Shown here in pieces: positions 47,741-57,229 of a stretch of DNA of 64,000 nt (position 1 is its first letter; every line of letters begins with the position of its first letter). The notes below the pieces were generated by a model. The model was not told the origin of the DNA. It saw only the letters and a list, made by a program, of their open reading frames with translations, and did no database searches. Made by a program: the position numbers and the translations under genes. Source of the stretch: a virus (Duplodnaviria; Caudoviricetes); IMG/VR virus record IMGVR_UViG_3300017766_003924, positions 20,478-84,477 of that record, one strand, 5' to 3'.

Positions 47741-48136
47741 ATGAGTAAGCCACAACCTTCCGGTCCTGCACCTATCAAAGTCGATAATTATCTCGGTACT
47801 GAATTTTCACTCCTTGATGACTATGCAATTGAAAAGACACTAGACACCATTCTCTTAGTTGAATTTGCTGATACTGCACAGAGTGGAGAGATGACAAGAA
47901 ATGGTATCGTTATTCCTATCGGTCAAATGACCTCAAAGCCTTGGAGACTAGGTAAGATCATTATTGCAGGTACCAAGTGTGAACAAGTTAAGGTTGGAGA
48001 CTATATTACCTTCCCTAACGATAAGGGCATTCCCGTAAGCAATATTAAAGTTAAAGCTGGTGGTGAGATTCTCACAATTAAACAAGCGATCTTCCTCGAT
48101 GAAAATCGCATTTTCGGAGTCTGCGTAAAGGCATAA
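47741..48136 (+). CDS. groES: GroES/Cpn10-like co-chaperonin (gp31 analogue)
   Basis: D.ILLVE, NGIVIP, GKIIIAG, QVKVGDYITFP, LDENRIFGV. Confidence 0.8.
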   Translation: MSKPQPSGPAPIKVDNYLGTEFSLLDDYAIEKTLDTILLVEFADTAQSGEMTRNGIVIPIGQMTSKPWRLGKIIIAGTKCEQVKVGDYITFPNDKGIPVSNIKVKAGGEILTIKQAIFLDENRIFGVCVKA

Positions 48137-48137
48137 T

Positions 48138-48518
48138 ATGACACAAGAAGAGAGATTTAAAGCAACAATAGATGTAGCCTCATACGGACAGCGTGTACAT
48201 CGCACTGGTTGGGTAGGCTTCGATTTAGATGCTACTCTTGCAGTTTATAACGGGTGGATAGAAGGTAAGATAGGTGACATGATTCCAAGCTGCAAGGCTT
48301 TGTTAGAATATGTGCTTAAGTCTGGGATAGAAGCGCGCATTATGACTGCTCGTGCGTGTGGTATCGATGCTGAAGAGCAAACAAAATTAATTCAAGATTG
48401 GCTTGAAGAGAATGGATTGCCGAGATTACAGGTGACCTGCAGTAAGGATTATGAAATGATTTGTCTGGTAGATGATAGAGCTTTTGCAATTGAAAAGAAC
48501 ACAGGGAAACTTATTTAA
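48138..48518 (+). CDS. HAD-family phosphatase (polynucleotide 3'-phosphatase-like)
   Basis: GFDLDATLA (DxDxT), MTAR, KD...VDDRA. Confidence 0.75.
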   Translation: MTQEERFKATIDVASYGQRVHRTGWVGFDLDATLAVYNGWIEGKIGDMIPSCKALLEYVLKSGIEARIMTARACGIDAEEQTKLIQDWLEENGLPRLQVTCSKDYEMICLVDDRAFAIEKNTGKLI

Positions 48519-48895
48519 TGAATGTAAATTTAGGTACATTAAAAAATTTACTATTACAAAATGTCTGCGAAATTAAGTTCTCGCGTCGTCGTCCTGTACC
48601 CGGTAAACCTTTGACCCGGCGCATGTTATGTACTAATTCTTTTCAATTGTTAAATTCCACAAATGGTCGACTTGCATTAAATTATCGACCTGCAGTCAAT
48701 AGACCTGCATATAATCCCACAGCATATAATATCATTATTACGTGGGATTTATTTATGCAGGATTATCGGTGTATTAGCATGGACCAGTGTGAGTTAATTA
48801 CATTAATACCTGCAAATGAGTTGTTTTGGAAGTACTTTAGAGAAAAGCTCCAATACATGTCACCACAAGAAAAGCTTTCGTTCATGAATCAATAG
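48518..48895 (+). CDS. DUF2693/SH3-barrel-like T4-type conserved protein
   Basis: L...VCEIKF.R, RRMLCTN, WDL..QDYR. Confidence 0.55.
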   Translation: MNVNLGTLKNLLLQNVCEIKFSRRRPVPGKPLTRRMLCTNSFQLLNSTNGRLALNYRPAVNRPAYNPTAYNIIITWDLFMQDYRCISMDQCELITLIPANELFWKYFREKLQYMSPQEKLSFMNQ

Positions 48896-48896
48896 T

Positions 48897-49235
48897 ATGG
48901 ATAATTTTTTTAATACCTTAGAACAGTCTCTCAATAACTTCCTCCAGAGGGATGTATCCTTTATAATTGATAAAAAGATTATAAAGATGGGTAAAGTCAT
49001 TTTATATCAAGTTCAAGACTTTTCAATAATATTCACCCTCCAAGAAAATAACAAGCGTAAATTTTACACTATACCTATACCCTTCAAAGTTAATAGCGAT
49101 GTCAAGCGAACATCATTCAGTTACAAGTTATCTGATATTGAATTTTCTCTTCCTGAATTAAAGAAGAATAAGGATCATAAACCTTCAAAAATGCATGATC
49201 AAACATTGAATATTATATGGAATACATTATATTAA
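48897..49235 (+). CDS. hypothetical protein
   Basis: 112 aa. Confidence 0.55.
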   Translation: MDNFFNTLEQSLNNFLQRDVSFIIDKKIIKMGKVILYQVQDFSIIFTLQENNKRKFYTIPIPFKVNSDVKRTSFSYKLSDIEFSLPELKKNKDHKPSKMHDQTLNIIWNTLY

Positions 49236-49239
49236 TATA

Positions 49240-50886
49240 ATGCTCAATAATTACTTTCCTAGCAATTTTACACCTAACAAGTCACAGGTTTACATTCTTA
49301 AAGAACTTGCTAAAGCAATTTCTCAAAAGCAGAAGTATATCATAATTTCTGCACCTACCGGTGCTGGTAAAAGCTTAATCGCTGCAACTCTCGCAAACTA
49401 CTCAAAATCATGTGAACCATGGTATAGGGATTTAGTAAATTCATACCAGATATATAAAATTGATCAAGAAACTGGTGAATTCGTATATAGTAATAAAGTA
49501 AAAGAATCAGAGCGTTTTGGTTCAACCACACTTACGGTTACTAAATCATTACAGGATCAGTACTACAATACATTTCCTGACTTCATTAAAGTGTTAAAAG
49601 GTCAGAGTAATTATCTTTGTCAGGTTGATACTAATTTTGATGTTGAAACAGCACCTTGCCTTTATGTGCCTGATATGAAGCAAGAATGCTATGCATGTAA
49701 TCGGTGCACTTACTACAATAAGCGTAATGAAGTAGCTACAGAGAAGTTCAGTACTCTTAATTATGCACTCTTTTTAAATCTTCCAGAACCTATTAAATAT
49801 CGTCAATTTATTATTTGTGATGAATCATCAGAATTAGAGGATGAAATTGTAAAGCGGTTTACTGTAGATATTGTATATAAGCGGTTAGATGCACTTAAGA
49901 TAACATATAAGAGACTTAATACTGATGACTCAAAGAAAGCATTTGCATGGCTACAGGATATCTTTATTCAGCTTCAAGAGATGTATAGAAGCTTAGTCGA
50001 TGCATCAGCACGAAACTATAAATCAAAGCTTAAAATCTCTGATGCAGAGAAAGTAAGAATGAAAGCATGTAAGCAACTCATTCTTTCTCTCGAGAAGGTT
50101 ATACCTAATTGGCATATTTGTGATTATTGTGTCGAGTATTCAGGTAACAATGTATTGTTTTCACCTCTACGGATTGATACAATTACAGGATGTGTATTTG
50201 ATTATGCAGAGCATGTAATCTTAATGTCAGCAACTATTATTGACCCTAAGAAGTATGCTGAAGAATTAGGTATTAAAGACTACTATTATATCGAAAGCCC
50301 TTCAGAATTTGATAGTGCTCGTTCTCCGATTTACATATCTCAAAAGTTTTTTGTAAGTCATAAAAACAGTAAAGAGGTAATTCCTAAGCTCTGTCAAATG
50401 GCAGAGCAAATAGTTGATGAGCATCCTGATGATAAGGGAGTAATTCATACTCATAGTCTAGATATTACTCGTGCAGTTCAAGGACATTTTAATTATACTA
50501 AATCTCGGAGTAGATTTCTATATCGAGATAATGAGATTAAGAATGAGAACATTCTGTCTCTTCATAAGATGTCTAAAACACCAACAGTATTAGTAAGCCC
50601 CAGCTTAACTCATGGTGTTGACCTTAAGGATGATCTTTCAAGATTTCAGATTATCTTTAAAACACCGTATCTCCCTCTTCAATCAAAACGTATAAAGCAG
50701 AAGTTTGAATTAGATCGAGAGTGGTACACTAATAAAACACTCAGTACCCTGGTTCAAACTTGTGGTAGATCTACACGAAATGCAGATGACTATAGTATCA
50801 CCTATATTTTAGATGGTATGGCTGCTCGTCTCATTATGGATAACCGCAATAAACTACCTAAGCACTTTTTAGATAGAATCATGTAA
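49240..50886 (+). CDS. DinG/XPD-family SF2 helicase with Fe-S cysteines
   Basis: SAPTGAGKS, LQDQY, LKG..NYLC, C..C, ICDES, MSATI, QTCGRSTR...D. Confidence 0.88.
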   Translation: MLNNYFPSNFTPNKSQVYILKELAKAISQKQKYIIISAPTGAGKSLIAATLANYSKSCEPWYRDLVNSYQIYKIDQETGEFVYSNKVKESERFGSTTLTVTKSLQDQYYNTFPDFIKVLKGQSNYLCQVDTNFDVETAPCLYVPDMKQECYACNRCTYYNKRNEVATEKFSTLNYALFLNLPEPIKYRQFIICDESSELEDEIVKRFTVDIVYKRLDALKITYKRLNTDDSKKAFAWLQDIFIQLQEMYRSLVDASARNYKSKLKISDAEKVRMKACKQLILSLEKVIPNWHICDYCVEYSGNNVLFSPLRIDTITGCVFDYAEHVILMSATIIDPKKYAEELGIKDYYYIESPSEFDSARSPIYISQKFFVSHKNSKEVIPKLCQMAEQIVDEHPDDKGVIHTHSLDITRAVQGHFNYTKSRSRFLYRDNEIKNENILSLHKMSKTPTVLVSPSLTHGVDLKDDLSRFQIIFKTPYLPLQSKRIKQKFELDREWYTNKTLSTLVQTCGRSTRNADDYSITYILDGMAARLIMDNRNKLPKHFLDRIM

Positions 50887-50894
50887 ATAATTAC

Positions 50895-51590
50895 ATGCGG
50901 AATACACCATATTACTTTGAAGTAAAGACTTTAATATCTCAGTTTGCAGCAGCATTTAATGATATTATCATTAATCGTTATGATAGCAGCGGGACTATTA
51001 GAGATAAAGTTCAAGTTGCCTATACCTATGCACCAAAGCAGCGCGTTTTACATGATTTAGTGAATAAAGGACAGGAGATTAAGATACCAATTGTGTCTAT
51101 CTTCTATACCGGCCTTCAATACGATTCAACGCGTGTATTTTATAAAGACCAAACATCTTATCTTTCACAGGTAATCAATAATACTGACAGTTCATCACTA
51201 CCATTCAGTAAGCTTTTACAGCCTACTCCATATAATATCACTATCAATATGTCTATTATATGCAGGTTTCAAGAAGATTTAGATCAAATTATATCTAATT
51301 TCGCACCTTATAGTAATCCATATATCATTATATCATGGAAAACACCTGCTGCATTTACCCAACTACCTACAGAGATTCGTACTGAAGTAGAATGGAGTGG
51401 TTCTATTAATGTTGATACACAACCAACATTACCTGATAGTCAGAAGCAGCATATTATTGCAACTACTTCATTTACTATTAAAGGTTGGCTCTTTCCATAC
51501 AAGGCAACTAACGATACTGCACCTATTATCTACAAGGTTGATTCAAACTTTACAGCAGTTACCGGGTTTGATGTACTTCCTTACGATTAA
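50895..51590 (+). CDS. 15: tail terminator / sheath stabilizer (gp15-like)
   Basis: FAAAFNDI.INR, YAPKQR, P.PYNI...MSI, DQIISNFAPY.NP, TSFTIKGWLFP. Confidence 0.88.
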   Translation: MRNTPYYFEVKTLISQFAAAFNDIIINRYDSSGTIRDKVQVAYTYAPKQRVLHDLVNKGQEIKIPIVSIFYTGLQYDSTRVFYKDQTSYLSQVINNTDSSSLPFSKLLQPTPYNITINMSIICRFQEDLDQIISNFAPYSNPYIIISWKTPAAFTQLPTEIRTEVEWSGSINVDTQPTLPDSQKQHIIATTSFTIKGWLFPYKATNDTAPIIYKVDSNFTAVTGFDVLPYD

Positions 51591-51598
51591 ATAACTGT

Positions 51599-52006
51599 AT
51601 GGCATTATCAGCTCAACCTACGGAGTTATGGACGTTATCTGCTCGCCCTCAGATAACGTATATTTCTCTTGAAGAGACTACTTTAGGCTTCTCAGCAACG
51701 GTAAAAATACTAGGATATAACCTCTCCACTGTAGATCTCATATTGGTATCTGCTAACAGTGACATGTTTTTTGATGATTTATCTGCGGTTGATAGATTTA
51801 GCATCTATAATACATTGTCTGCCAAATATCCCCCTATTTCTGGTATTAGAGTGCATAACTATACTAAAGTAACGGATAACACTATCACATTTACCCTCTC
51901 TGCACCACAGAGTATGGGGTTAATAGATATAATTCTTTTCAATCGAGCAGGATACGGAAAATCAAGTACAGACGTTCTTCATCTCTCTACTATTACTGTG
52001 AATTAG
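51599..52006 (+). CDS. hypothetical virion protein (Ig/IPT-like)
   Basis: 135 aa beta-rich; TAAATA 5 nt upstream. Confidence 0.5.
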   Translation: MALSAQPTELWTLSARPQITYISLEETTLGFSATVKILGYNLSTVDLILVSANSDMFFDDLSAVDRFSIYNTLSAKYPPISGIRVHNYTKVTDNTITFTLSAPQSMGLIDIILFNRAGYGKSSTDVLHLSTITVN

Positions 52007-52023
52007 ATTAATTTAGAAGTGTA

Positions 52024-52031
52024 TATAAATA
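52024..52031 (+). promoter_or_regulatory. T4-type late promoter TATAAATA upstream of portal
   Basis: Exact T4 gp55 consensus; gp55 encoded in window. Confidence 0.75.
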
Positions 52032-52047
52032 ATTAATATAATTTACT

Positions 52048-53907
52048 ATGCAGGTTTCTACAAATCAAGACCGAGGAGATTCCTTCGGGAGGCAGTTTAT
52101 AAAGTATATTTCTGATAAATTACCCTATCAGAATTATACTGCTATTGATAATCTCGAAACCCTCAATCCGAAATACAAACACTTCTTTCAATCTGGTACT
52201 ATCAGAGATGAATTGCTTTCTAAATACTCTGTTTCATCAAATGTTATTGAAGGTGGTAATCCTGCTAATGGTATTGGAGGTATTGTTTTAGATGATAAGT
52301 ATAGTAATTACATTTATGCAAATGTAGACCAAGATAAAGGCAAGAGACTCAGAGATTATCGTATCATGGCTGCATTTTCTGAAGTTTCAGATGCATTAGA
52401 TGAAATTTGTGATGAATTTTTAAACAGAGACAATGATGGTGAGTTTGTTAAGCTTGATATCAAGAGTGGAGACCAGAGCGAAGAGGTTCAAAAAGAAATT
52501 AAGAAGGAGTTTAAGAAATTTGTTGAATACTTTAACTTTGATGAGCGGGGCTGGGAGTATGTACGTAATCTACTTGTAGATGGTGAGCTATATTTTGAAC
52601 ATATCATTCACTCTAAGTCACCAGAGTCGGGTATTTTAGGTATTATTTCAATACCTACTGAAATTGTTGACCCTATTTACGACAATGTTCAAAATTACCT
52701 CATTAAAGGATTTCTTCTTCGCAAACCCATCTTAGATCCAACACGTACTACTCTTCAGAACAAGTCACTAGTGCGTATGCAATTGGTTCCTCTTGATAAA
52801 AATCAAGTAACCTACATCAATTCAGGTGTATGGAATGAAGAAAAGACTTTCCGCTTACCGTTCATCGAAAAGGCCCGTAGAGCATATCGTCAATTGTCTC
52901 AAATTGAAGATGCAATTGTAATTTACCGTTTGGTAAGAGCACCAGAGCGTTTAGTATTCAATGTTGATGTAGGAAGCATGAACGCCCCTCAAGCAGAAGC
53001 ATACTTAAAGCGTTTAATGAACCAATACTGGTCACGTAAGACATTTGATAAGAGTCAAGGTAATGATGGACGCGTAGTTCAAGCATTTAACCCTCAATCA
53101 ATGCTTGATAACTTCTGGTTTGCAAAGAGAGAAGGATCACAAGGTACTAATGTTACCTCTCTTGCAGGTGGTCAAAACCTTGGACAGCTTGATGACTTGA
53201 TTTATTTCATTAAAAAGCTTTATAGTGCGTTAAAGGTTCCAACAAACCGAGTAGACCCTAATAGTCAAACTAAAGATGGTTCTGAAGTGCTCCGTGAAGA
53301 GTTAAAGTTTGCAAAATTTATTATAAGGTTGCAGCAACAATTCTCTGTATCTATTAGAGACTCGTTTGTTACTCATTTAAAGCTTAAGAAACTCTGGGAT
53401 AAGTACAGCCTTAAGGAACCTCACCTCAAGGTAGCATTTAACCCTCCATCTAACTTCTATGAGTTGAGAGAGCAACAGAAGTTTGAATTGAAGTCAAACA
53501 ACTTTAATGCAATGGCAGGTAATGATATGATAGCACCATCTTATGCACAGAAGCTTTATCTCGGGTGGGATGATGAGAAGATTGCTGCTAATAGAGAGTG
53601 GCTCAAGAAAGATGCTGCGCTTCGCTGGGAGAAGTCTCAGATTGAAACTGCTGGTCCAAATTGGAGAGAAGCCGTGGTACAAGGTCAACCTGCAGGTGAA
53701 GCAGCACCGGGTGGCGGAGGAATGGGTGGTGGAGGAGCACCAGTTTCGTCAAGTGGTAGCTCAGGATTACCACCTGATTTCGGTCCTGCACCGGGTGAGC
53801 AGCCCGTAGATGGTCAGCCAGCAGGAGGAGAAGCTACTCAAGGAGCGCAACCAGCACCTAACGCAAATGGGCAACCAGCTCAAAATAATGCTGCACCCCA
53901 GAGGTAA
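52048..53907 (+). CDS. 20: portal protein (gp20)
   Basis: DALDEICDE, LVDGELYF, QIEDAIVIYRLVRAPERLVFNVDVG, QSMLDNFWFAKREG, LPGG-like LAGGQNLG, REELKFAKFI. Confidence 0.96.
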   Translation: MQVSTNQDRGDSFGRQFIKYISDKLPYQNYTAIDNLETLNPKYKHFFQSGTIRDELLSKYSVSSNVIEGGNPANGIGGIVLDDKYSNYIYANVDQDKGKRLRDYRIMAAFSEVSDALDEICDEFLNRDNDGEFVKLDIKSGDQSEEVQKEIKKEFKKFVEYFNFDERGWEYVRNLLVDGELYFEHIIHSKSPESGILGIISIPTEIVDPIYDNVQNYLIKGFLLRKPILDPTRTTLQNKSLVRMQLVPLDKNQVTYINSGVWNEEKTFRLPFIEKARRAYRQLSQIEDAIVIYRLVRAPERLVFNVDVGSMNAPQAEAYLKRLMNQYWSRKTFDKSQGNDGRVVQAFNPQSMLDNFWFAKREGSQGTNVTSLAGGQNLGQLDDLIYFIKKLYSALKVPTNRVDPNSQTKDGSEVLREELKFAKFIIRLQQQFSVSIRDSFVTHLKLKKLWDKYSLKEPHLKVAFNPPSNFYELREQQKFELKSNNFNAMAGNDMIAPSYAQKLYLGWDDEKIAANREWLKKDAALRWEKSQIETAGPNWREAVVQGQPAGEAAPGGGGMGGGGAPVSSSGSSGLPPDFGPAPGEQPVDGQPAGGEATQGAQPAPNANGQPAQNNAAPQR

Positions 53908-53910
53908 TAT

Positions 53911-54672
53911 ATGATAAAGGAGTCACCAGATGATATGTCTGTGGGTACGGTTAACTATACCTGCTACGATAATGATGCTCATTGCTTTACTGTTTTTACA
54001 GAGTTTAATTTATCAATTATTAGTAACCATACAGAAACTCATAACAATAATATAATGTTTTTATCTGACTTTATAAAGGCAACAATATTAAATGATAAAT
54101 ATTCACAAGATCGAGTAAAGAGGCGTACACAAGACGGTGGATATAAAGTTCACTATACCACTAATAGTGCTTTAGAAGATCTCTTTAGTAAATATCCGGA
54201 TATCTATAACACATACTCGCACATAGGTAGCAATGATGTGCATTCAGAATTAAATCTTATAGAAGGTAGATATTGGGATAAGGATATACCCGCTGTTTCC
54301 TTTTATAATAACATTTCTCAAGTTTCACGTGCATTACACCAGATTGAAAGATTAGTATTTCACCCTCTTCATGTTATTAAAGAGCGTTTAATATTTGAAG
54401 TATATGATGATTTTAGATATAAGATTGTAAATTATTCTGATATAAAGAATTTTTCAGGTACATCATCTAATACAGTTGATTTAATGAGAAAGCAGCATTT
54501 AGACCCTAATGCAAAAGCTCAGCTTGACACACCTAAAAATTCTCTTAAAGCACAAGAAACTGCGCAACAAAAAGGCTTTAATTCTGCCGCACAATACAAC
54601 AATAGTAAGATAATTGGAGATAGTTTCAACTTCAAAGAATACTTTAAAAGGCATTATACTCTCCTTAAATAA
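53911..54672 (+). CDS. hypothetical protein
   Basis: 253 aa between portal and sheath. Confidence 0.6.
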   Translation: MIKESPDDMSVGTVNYTCYDNDAHCFTVFTEFNLSIISNHTETHNNNIMFLSDFIKATILNDKYSQDRVKRRTQDGGYKVHYTTNSALEDLFSKYPDIYNTYSHIGSNDVHSELNLIEGRYWDKDIPAVSFYNNISQVSRALHQIERLVFHPLHVIKERLIFEVYDDFRYKIVNYSDIKNFSGTSSNTVDLMRKQHLDPNAKAQLDTPKNSLKAQETAQQKGFNSAAQYNNSKIIGDSFNFKEYFKRHYTLLK

Positions 54673-54691
54673 GATTTTTGTTGCTCGAGTA

Positions 54692-54699
54692 TATAAATA
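54692..54699 (+). promoter_or_regulatory. T4-type late promoter TATAAATA, 7 nt before sheath ATG
   Basis: Exact consensus. Confidence 0.8.
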
Positions 54700-54706
54700 T
54701 TAGTAT

Positions 54707-57043
54707 ATGGCAGCACAAAGAACAATTCAGTCTCCGGGTGTGGAGATAAGGGAGATCGATTTATCTCTTCGTCCGAACCCTACCATTGGTACAACTGTAT
54801 TAATTGTAGGTTTTGCACCGCAAGGTCCAATCGACGAGGTATTTCAGCCTACAAGCTTTACAGAATTTGAACAAATTTACGGTAAGCCTACTAATGCAGC
54901 AGAGAGATATTTTTATCACTCCGCTCGTGCAGCTTTCCAGAGTAATGCTAACATCTTAACTACTAGAATTCCTTATGGTTCTGGGTCAGGTTTAGGTACT
55001 GGTAATGATTATTCTGCAATGTTCTTCCCTGTGTATGGTTACAACGGTGAAGATACAGTTACAAGCTCAGTCGCAGCGGGTGTTTCACTTTCTGCAGTAA
55101 GTACCGCATATGTCTTCGGTAAACCATCATTAGTCACTCTTACCCAAGCTCAGTACAATCAAATCTCACAAGGTCAGTTTAACTGGTTTAATACTGTTTC
55201 AGTATCTGCAACCTTTAGTTCTGATTCTACTACATGGGGTAAAGCTGGTTTAATCATCTTAAATACGTCTAAGACTGTTATTAATGATAACTATGAAGGT
55301 TATTATGTAGCAATCTCTGATAATTACAATCTTAACCCTGCAACGAATTTCGACGCAGTTGTTAAGCAGTATACTATCACTCCAAGCGACTCTACCTTAA
55401 CCGTTGAGGTGCCTGATGCACGTAGAAATTTTGCTCTTTCTGCAATATCAACAAACTATGGATCAAACAGCATCTCTGAAATTGTTGAAAACATTCCTTC
55501 ATTCGATATTTCAACATCTTCATATGATGATACTCTCATATTGACCCTCTTTAAGGTTCGTAAGACTGTATTTGGTGATGCTCTTAAGCTTGATAACGTC
55601 TTGACTGAAGCATATGTTGGTTCTCTTGATAGTTTCCGTAAGGTGCAGAGAGAAAATGGTGGTGAAGCACGTTCATTCTTCTTAGGTGACGTTGAAGATT
55701 CTTCTCCAAACATCAAAGTGTTAGTCAATCCGAACATCTCTACAAACAGTGGAACTTGGCTTAATGCTCAAGGTACACCAACGAAGAAGGTTCGTTTCCT
55801 TTCACGTCGTATCATTACTGATTCTGCAGTAGTTAACCTCTCTGCATACATTGGTATTAAGAGTTCTGCATTAAATGGTATAGCTACATATACATCACAC
55901 GCTGATGCATTGTGGGCATTTGGTAATTACCAGACTGCAGTACCATCTAATAAGGTGATTGGTGCAATTCCTACTAAGTTGAGCAGATTGTTCAATCAGA
56001 TTGACAACATTGAAGCATTCCCAATCGATATCACTATCGAAGCAGGTTTAGGTACCATATTCGTAGGTTCAAGAAACGTTCCAACACTTTCTGGTGCTAA
56101 TGTCTTCGATGATACAGTTACTATTACCTTAGGTGAAAGTACTGATACATCTAATACCGGCTTCTATCAGCTCCGTGAAACCATGGAAGCAGAAGCACAA
56201 CGTAACATTCGTGATGATTATCTCTCTGTGTTCAATGAGTTTAAATCATTTGCAGAAAGCAAGCGTAAGGATCACATCTTTGTTGCAGATCCACTCCGTT
56301 ACTTCTTCGTGCAAGGTGAGAACTTTAAGACCTTTGATGATAAGTCAAAGACCTTCACACAGCATGTTTACTGGCCATTGAGACACCTCTTCGGAAGTAT
56401 AAGCACAAGCTATGCATGTACTTATGCAAACTGGGGTCGTACATATGATGGTAATATCGATAGTCAGGTCTGGTTACCATTCTCTGGTGTCATTGCAAGC
56501 ATCATGGCAAACAATGATCAGATTAACAATCAGTGGTCTGCACCTGCAGGCTTTGAAGCTGGTCGTGTTGGATTCTTTAGTGATATCGCAGTTGTTCCAA
56601 GTATGAAGCAACGTGATCTTCTCTATAAGATTAGTGTTAACCCAATTACACAATTCCCTGTTGAAGGTACCGTAGTGTATGGTCAGAAGACTCTCTATAA
56701 GGTTCCAAGCGCATTCGACCGTATTAATGTACGTAGATTGTTCTTGAATCTTGAAAAGTCTACTTACAATACTGTGAAGTATTTCGTATTCAAGCCTAAT
56801 ACACTCTTAACCAGAACTCAGGTAGTTAATACGCTTTCACCTATCTTTGAATTTGCAAAGAATAATGAAGGTGTGTATGATTACTTGATCGTCTGCGATA
56901 CTCGTAACAACACTCCTGATGTTATCGATCAGAATGAGCTCAAGGTAGACATCTATCTCAAGCCAGTTCGTACTGCAGAGTTTATTCTCGTTAACTTCTA
57001 TGCAACCAGAACTGGTGCAAACTTCGAAGAGTTGATTCAGTAA
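54707..57043 (+). CDS. 18: tail sheath protein (gp18)
   Basis: QSPGVEIREIDLS, WSAPAG, RDLLYKISVNPI, GQKTL, FDRINVRRLF, DIYLKPVRTAEFILVNF. Confidence 0.96.
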   Translation: MAAQRTIQSPGVEIREIDLSLRPNPTIGTTVLIVGFAPQGPIDEVFQPTSFTEFEQIYGKPTNAAERYFYHSARAAFQSNANILTTRIPYGSGSGLGTGNDYSAMFFPVYGYNGEDTVTSSVAAGVSLSAVSTAYVFGKPSLVTLTQAQYNQISQGQFNWFNTVSVSATFSSDSTTWGKAGLIILNTSKTVINDNYEGYYVAISDNYNLNPATNFDAVVKQYTITPSDSTLTVEVPDARRNFALSAISTNYGSNSISEIVENIPSFDISTSSYDDTLILTLFKVRKTVFGDALKLDNVLTEAYVGSLDSFRKVQRENGGEARSFFLGDVEDSSPNIKVLVNPNISTNSGTWLNAQGTPTKKVRFLSRRIITDSAVVNLSAYIGIKSSALNGIATYTSHADALWAFGNYQTAVPSNKVIGAIPTKLSRLFNQIDNIEAFPIDITIEAGLGTIFVGSRNVPTLSGANVFDDTVTITLGESTDTSNTGFYQLRETMEAEAQRNIRDDYLSVFNEFKSFAESKRKDHIFVADPLRYFFVQGENFKTFDDKSKTFTQHVYWPLRHLFGSISTSYACTYANWGRTYDGNIDSQVWLPFSGVIASIMANNDQINNQWSAPAGFEAGRVGFFSDIAVVPSMKQRDLLYKISVNPITQFPVEGTVVYGQKTLYKVPSAFDRINVRRLFLNLEKSTYNTVKYFVFKPNTLLTRTQVVNTLSPIFEFAKNNEGVYDYLIVCDTRNNTPDVIDQNELKVDIYLKPVRTAEFILVNFYATRTGANFEELIQ

Positions 57044-57060
57044 GATATAAAAACTAAAAG

Positions 57061-57097
57061 AGACCCGCGATATGATTAATATCGCGGGTCTTTTGTT
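57061..57097 (+). terminator. rho-independent terminator after sheath gene
   Basis: AGACCCGCGATAT-gatta-ATATCGCGGGTCT followed by TTTGTT. Confidence 0.88.
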
Positions 57098-57136
57098 CTA
57101 AGTAGCAAATAGTATTAACACTATGTTTGTATTAAC

Positions 57137-57194
57137 ATGTTATCAAACCCTTTTAGAACAAAGAGCTATGTGTTCTAAAAGGGTTTGATAACAT
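57137..57194. repeat. perfect 24-bp inverted repeat with 10-nt spacer
   Basis: ATGTTATCAAACCCTTTTAGAACA / TGTTCTAAAAGGGTTTGATAACAT read directly. Confidence 0.92.
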
Positions 57195-57229
57195 AGTGAT
57201 ATATTTGTAAATATATCTTAAATAAATAT

